Shown here in pieces: positions 60,295-64,000 of a stretch of 64,000 bases of DNA (the stretch's first letter is position 1; the number at the start of each line of letters is the position of its first letter). Under the pieces are notes generated by a model that saw nothing but the letters and a program-made list of their open reading frames with translations, was not told the DNA's origin and did no database searches. Source of the DNA: Squalus acanthias (Eukaryota). The position numbers and the translations under genes are program-made. The DNA is taken from the NCBI GenBank assembly GCA_030390025.1, contig CM059433.1, forward strand, positions 5,332,001 through 5,396,000. Direction: 5' to 3'.

Positions 60295-63200
60295 TTAAAC
60301 TCTGAGAAGGCTGCTGCGAGCTCTTCCCGACGGTGGGAGGGCACTGACCCTTCCCTCTGATCTGCCGCAGCCTGTTACTGCTGCGATGTGGCCGGTCTGT
60401 ACCCGGGTTATCTTAACCTGAAGTCTACGCCTTGGGGCAGTCTGGGGACATGACCACATCCTCCTGGGCTGGGGTTCTCTACTTGACCTACGGGGAGTTG
60501 CTATGGGCGGGGGTTCCGTGACGGACGGACCGGGTTCCGAGACCTCCAACGGGATGACCTGGGGTTCCATCACAGTCGCCGGCTCCGCCTCCGCTGACTC
60601 CGCCTCCCTAACCTCGGGGCTGGCAGTTCGTGGCTCCGCCCTGCTCGGCCCAGCAGGCGGCCCTTCACTCGTGACCTCTGCCTCCCCTGAGGACTGGACG
60701 TTCAAAGCGGGCGGCCACATCTCTGGGAGCCACATCGGTACTCTCTGTGCTCCTATAGCGGCTGGCCCTGCCTCCTCTAGCTCCTCCCTCCTGTCCTCGG
60801 GACCTGCAGCTTGTGTGTCCACTCTGTGTGGATCTCTACCTATAGGCCCCATTCCCTCCAGACCGTTCCTCAGGAACCACCCGTCATCATCACTATGCTC
60901 ATCTGCACTATCCTCATCTGACCAGGGTACCCTGGGTTCTTCCTCATCTAACCCCCAACTCCAGAAAAACGCTGCATGATCGTCCGGGATGTCCCTTCCC
61001 CTGATGCAAGCTGCTATGCCTGCCTGTGTGCCTTGTGGTCCTACCTGGGGCTGTGCTTTCCCATTGGCGGGATTTACCCCTGTAGTTTTCCCCTGCGCAC
61101 CCGGCTGGTACAGTTTGCATTGGTTTATGTGGAACCACTTAGTGCGCCGAGGTACTTTTACGGCGTAAACCATGGGACTCGCCTTGTCTACAATGTTGTA
61201 GGGTCCCATATACAGTGGTTCCAGACTCCCTACTCTGGCGTAGTTTCTGACCATGACCTGGTCTCCTACTTCCCACTCCCGCGTTTTGCGGGGTTCCAGC
61301 AACAAGCGATTGCCCTGATGCTGCCTTCCCATGTTCCCAGCCGCCTGCTCATAAACTTGCTTCAGGCGCTCCAAGAGAGTCTGGGCGAACTTGTCCCTGC
61401 TTATCTCTTGGAGCTGACCCTCAGTGAGCACCGGCGCTAGCACATGGGTGGGGGTTCGCATGAGCCTCCCAGTCATTACCTCGTGCGGGGAGTACCCCGT
61501 ACTTTTTGACTGACTGGCCCGGACCCCCATGAGGACTAAAGGCAGAACTTCCGCCCATTTTTGGGGCGAGTTCCTAGTCTCTTTCCTCAATTTCTCCTTC
61601 AGGGTCCGGTTCATACGTTCAACAATCCCGGATGACTGGGGATTGTGTGCTACGTGCCACTTCCCTTCAATGCCCAAAAGCATGAGGGTGTTCTGCATCA
61701 CCTGGCCGGTGAAATGACTCCCTTGGTCTGACTCCACAAAACGGGGAAGTCCCCACCGCGAGAACACTTCCCGGACCAAGATTTTTGCTGTACCCAGTGC
61801 CGTAGCTGTTCGACAAGGGAAGGCTTCCACCCACTTGGAAAACACATCCACCAGGACGAGGCAGTACTTATAACCTCCCTGGGTGGTGGGCAGGGGTCCT
61901 ATATAGTCGATCTGTATCGACTGCCATGGTCCCTCTACCCTTCTTACGTGTCCCATGGGCACCTTCCTTTTCTGGGGGTCTGGGTTGTTTGCAGCGCACA
62001 CAAGACAGTTTGCACAGAACTCGCGGACTTGTTCCCTGAGCCCTGGCCACCATCCCGCTTGCTCTACCCGTTGCCAGGTAACCTCGGGCCCGGGGTGCCC
62101 GGCCCCTGGTCCCTCGTGAGCCAACTGGAGGAATTCCCTCCTGTGCTGCTGCGGCACAACCCACTGCTCCTCGCGGAACAGCATGCCTTCCTTAACTGAG
62201 AGGGTTGCCGTACTGTACGGACCTTCTACCTGCCTCCCCTCAGCAATCGGTTTTAGGACTGCTTTTAGGGCGGGATCCTGGGCTTGGACGGTCTTGAGGT
62301 CTAGGGGCAATGCTACCCTGGTGTTCCCGGTATTCCCGTCCCCGCCTCGGACCGCTGCTATGGGTCCGGTCCTATAGGGGTTCCAGAAAGTGCCGTCGCG
62401 GGCACCCTCCCTGGCTAGCGCATCCGCCTGCCGGTTGCCCTCCCCACGGGGCTCTGTGGAGGAGTGAGCTTTCACCTTATGGATGAAAATCTCTCCTTCC
62501 TCCCCTACTGCAGCTGCTAAGATCTTTTCCAGCAAGGGCTTCACCGTTAAAGGTCGCCCGTCCGCGGAGGTGTATCCGCGGCGGGACCAAATGGCCAGGT
62601 ATTCCGTACACGAATTGCAGGTGAACATACTGTCCGAGCAAATCGTGTATGGGGTTGGGAAAATGTCTGGGTGGGTCACAACGTACACCACGGCAGACAG
62701 CTCAGCCTGCTGCGCGCTCATGGTGCTAGGGAGCTTGATCGCCAGGGCAAGGTCTGCCGCAGGGTCATAAACTCCACACCCTGTGAGTCGCTCGCCAGCA
62801 GACACTGTGCTAGACCCATCAACATAAATCTCGCGCCCAGTGGGATGTATCCCGGCCCGTAAACCTATGTTGACGTCCCACACCCCTTCCACCGAACACC
62901 GGTGGGCTGTACCGGGGTATACCAAATTGGCCGCAAGCCTGGGCTCGCAAAGACCTTTTACTCTAAGATCCAACTGGGAGAGAAGAAGGGTCCAACGCGC
63001 AATGCGTGCGCTGCTTACGGTCCCGTCTTTAATCCTCCCATCCAGAAGCATCTTAGTTGGTGTGTGATGTGTGAGGAGAGTGATGGGAGAGAGCCCTGTG
63101 AAGATCGCTGATCTTTTCACAGCCCAATGCGTGGCTAAAAGGTGCCTTTCGCAATTGGAGAAACTTCTCTCCACATCCGTTAATACCCTGGATGAATAGA

Positions 63201-64000
63201 CAACCGGCCTCAGCTTGCCGTGACGCTCTTGGAGCAGCACGGCGCTTAAGCTGTCTCCGCTGGCAGCTACCTCCAGGAAAAACTCCTTCCCCCCATCTAT
63301 GGCCCCTAAGGCTGGCGCGGTCTGCAGATCCCTTTTTAACTTCTCGAAGGCTGCTTGGCAGCCCTCGTCCCAAAGCCACTCCACCCCCTTATGGAGGAGT
63401 CGGAGGAGCGGCGCCGCTGTGGCCGCATAATCTTCGATAAAATCCCTGCAGTAACCGGTCAGTCCCAAGAAGGACCTCACACCCCTTACGTTGTTGGGAA
63501 TCGGTAATTCTTGCACCGACTCCCTCCTTGCTTTGTCTATGGCTCTTTCCCCAGCGCGTATGGTCAGTCCCAGGAATTTTACTTCCCGCTGACCGATACG
63601 TGCTTTCTTAGGGTTTATTTTAAAACCCTTTCTCGCTAACAGTTCCAATAACTCGTCCAGTAGTGGTCCGTGCTCCTCCCTTGAGTCCGTAAATAGGAGC
63701 AAATCATCCACATACTGTACTATCTGATTGGGCTGACTAAACTCCTTTAAACTTCCTGCCATACACTGATGAAAAATACTGGGGCTATTGTGGAAACCCT
63801 GTGGCAGACAGTTCCACGTGTACTGTTGCCCTTTGAACGTAAAGGCAAACTTGTACTGGTCCTCTCGCCGCAGCGGGATGGACCAAAAACCGTTCGAGAT
63901 ATCCAGCACCGTGAACGTGGTCGCGGACGCTGGGATGCTCCCTATTAGGTCAGCAACTGCTGCTACTGTGGGCGCGCAGGCGGGAATGTTACTGTTAAGG
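60295..64000 (-). CDS. pol: Pol: RT, degenerate RNase H (tether), RNase H, integrase, long C-terminal tail (5'-partial)
   Basis: LDISNGFW, LPQGFHNSP, YVDD (63703-63714); LEVAAS tether; YVDGS..SAQQAEL..SDS..VKAH..GNRQAD; HHCC, IDY..SDQG..VERMN, GPY. Confidence 0.96.
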   Translation of the reverse strand, partial: LNSNIPACAPTVAAVADLIGSIPASATTFTVLDISNGFWSIPLRREDQYKFAFTFKGQQYTWNCLPQGFHNSPSIFHQCMAGSLKEFSQPNQIVQYVDDLLLFTDSREEHGPLLDELLELLARKGFKINPKKARIGQREVKFLGLTIRAGERAIDKARRESVQELPIPNNVRGVRSFLGLTGYCRDFIEDYAATAAPLLRLLHKGVEWLWDEGCQAAFEKLKRDLQTAPALGAIDGGKEFFLEVAASGDSLSAVLLQERHGKLRPVVYSSRVLTDVERSFSNCERHLLATHWAVKRSAIFTGLSPITLLTHHTPTKMLLDGRIKDGTVSSARIARWTLLLSQLDLRVKGLCEPRLAANLVYPGTAHRCSVEGVWDVNIGLRAGIHPTGREIYVDGSSTVSAGERLTGCGVYDPAADLALAIKLPSTMSAQQAELSAVVYVVTHPDIFPTPYTICSDSMFTCNSCTEYLAIWSRRGYTSADGRPLTVKPLLEKILAAAVGEEGEIFIHKVKAHSSTEPRGEGNRQADALAREGARDGTFWNPYRTGPIAAVRGGDGNTGNTRVALPLDLKTVQAQDPALKAVLKPIAEGRQVEGPYSTATLSVKEGMLFREEQWVVPQQHRREFLQLAHEGPGAGHPGPEVTWQRVEQAGWWPGLREQVREFCANCLVCAANNPDPQKRKVPMGHVRRVEGPWQSIQIDYIGPLPTTQGGYKYCLVLVDVFSKWVEAFPCRTATALGTAKILVREVFSRWGLPRFVESDQGSHFTGQVMQNTLMLLGIEGKWHVAHNPQSSGIVERMNRTLKEKLRKETRNSPQKWAEVLPLVLMGVRASQSKSTGYSPHEVMTGRLMRTPTHVLAPVLTEGQLQEISRDKFAQTLLERLKQVYEQAAGNMGRQHQGNRLLLEPRKTREWEVGDQVMVRNYARVGSLEPLYMGPYNIVDKASPMVYAVKVPRRTKWFHINQCKLYQPGAQGKTTGVNPANGKAQPQVGPQGTQAGIAACIRGRDIPDDHAAFFWSWGLDEEEPRVPWSDEDSADEHSDDDGWFLRNGLEGMGPIGRDPHRVDTQAAGPEDRREELEEAGPAAIGAQRVPMWLPEMWPPALNVQSSGEAEVTSEGPPAGPSRAEPRTASPEVREAESAEAEPATVMEPQVIPLEVSEPGPSVTEPPPIATPRRSSREPQPRRMWSCPQTAPRRRLQVKITRVQTGHIAAVTGCGRSEGRVSALPPSGRARSSLLRV

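Larger units (their letters stand above)
55460..64000 (-). mobile_element. Apparently autonomous provirus (pol-env-PPT-3'LTR), 5' part outside the window
   Basis: Uninterrupted pol and env; family A LTR; flank CTTG (55456-55459) is the predicted TSD. Confidence 0.95.

Noticed and set aside
55460..64000. Classification as a foamy virus (long LTR, 4-bp TSD, RT motifs)
   Set aside because: Family Gag has a CCHC knuckle, PBS is tRNA-Arg rather than Lys, gag-pol appears to be readthrough, and there is no tas/bet ORF after env

Overview
Repeat-dense vertebrate DNA with no recognisable host gene. The repeat families (CR1 and RTE LINEs, Deu-type tRNA SINEs, Harbinger DDE+Myb elements) suggest a cartilaginous fish; this is an inference. 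The window is dominated by a young, envelope-bearing retrovirus-like family with long (1.6-1.7 kb) LTRs and 4-bp TSDs, present as five insertions. Three are solo LTRs: 990-2688, 10492-12197, and a split one at 38690-49750. One is a complete pol-deleted provirus (39725-49175, +) with apparently identical LTRs, a tRNA-Arg PBS, intact gag, a UGA-CUAG readthrough ORF and intact env. One is an apparently autonomous provirus (55460->64000, -) with RT, degenerate RNase H/tether, a second RNase H, integrase and env. The Env is unusual: an N-terminal Ig-like domain sits before a furin-cleaved ~450-aa subunit resembling paramyxo/pneumovirus F. Together with the dual RNase H this points to a lokiretrovirus-like lineage (inferred, needs phylogeny). 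Also present: a G-rich minisatellite full of CACAGTG, a CpG-rich 50-bp array inside a Harbinger element, and an RTE insertion with an 84-bp TSD.
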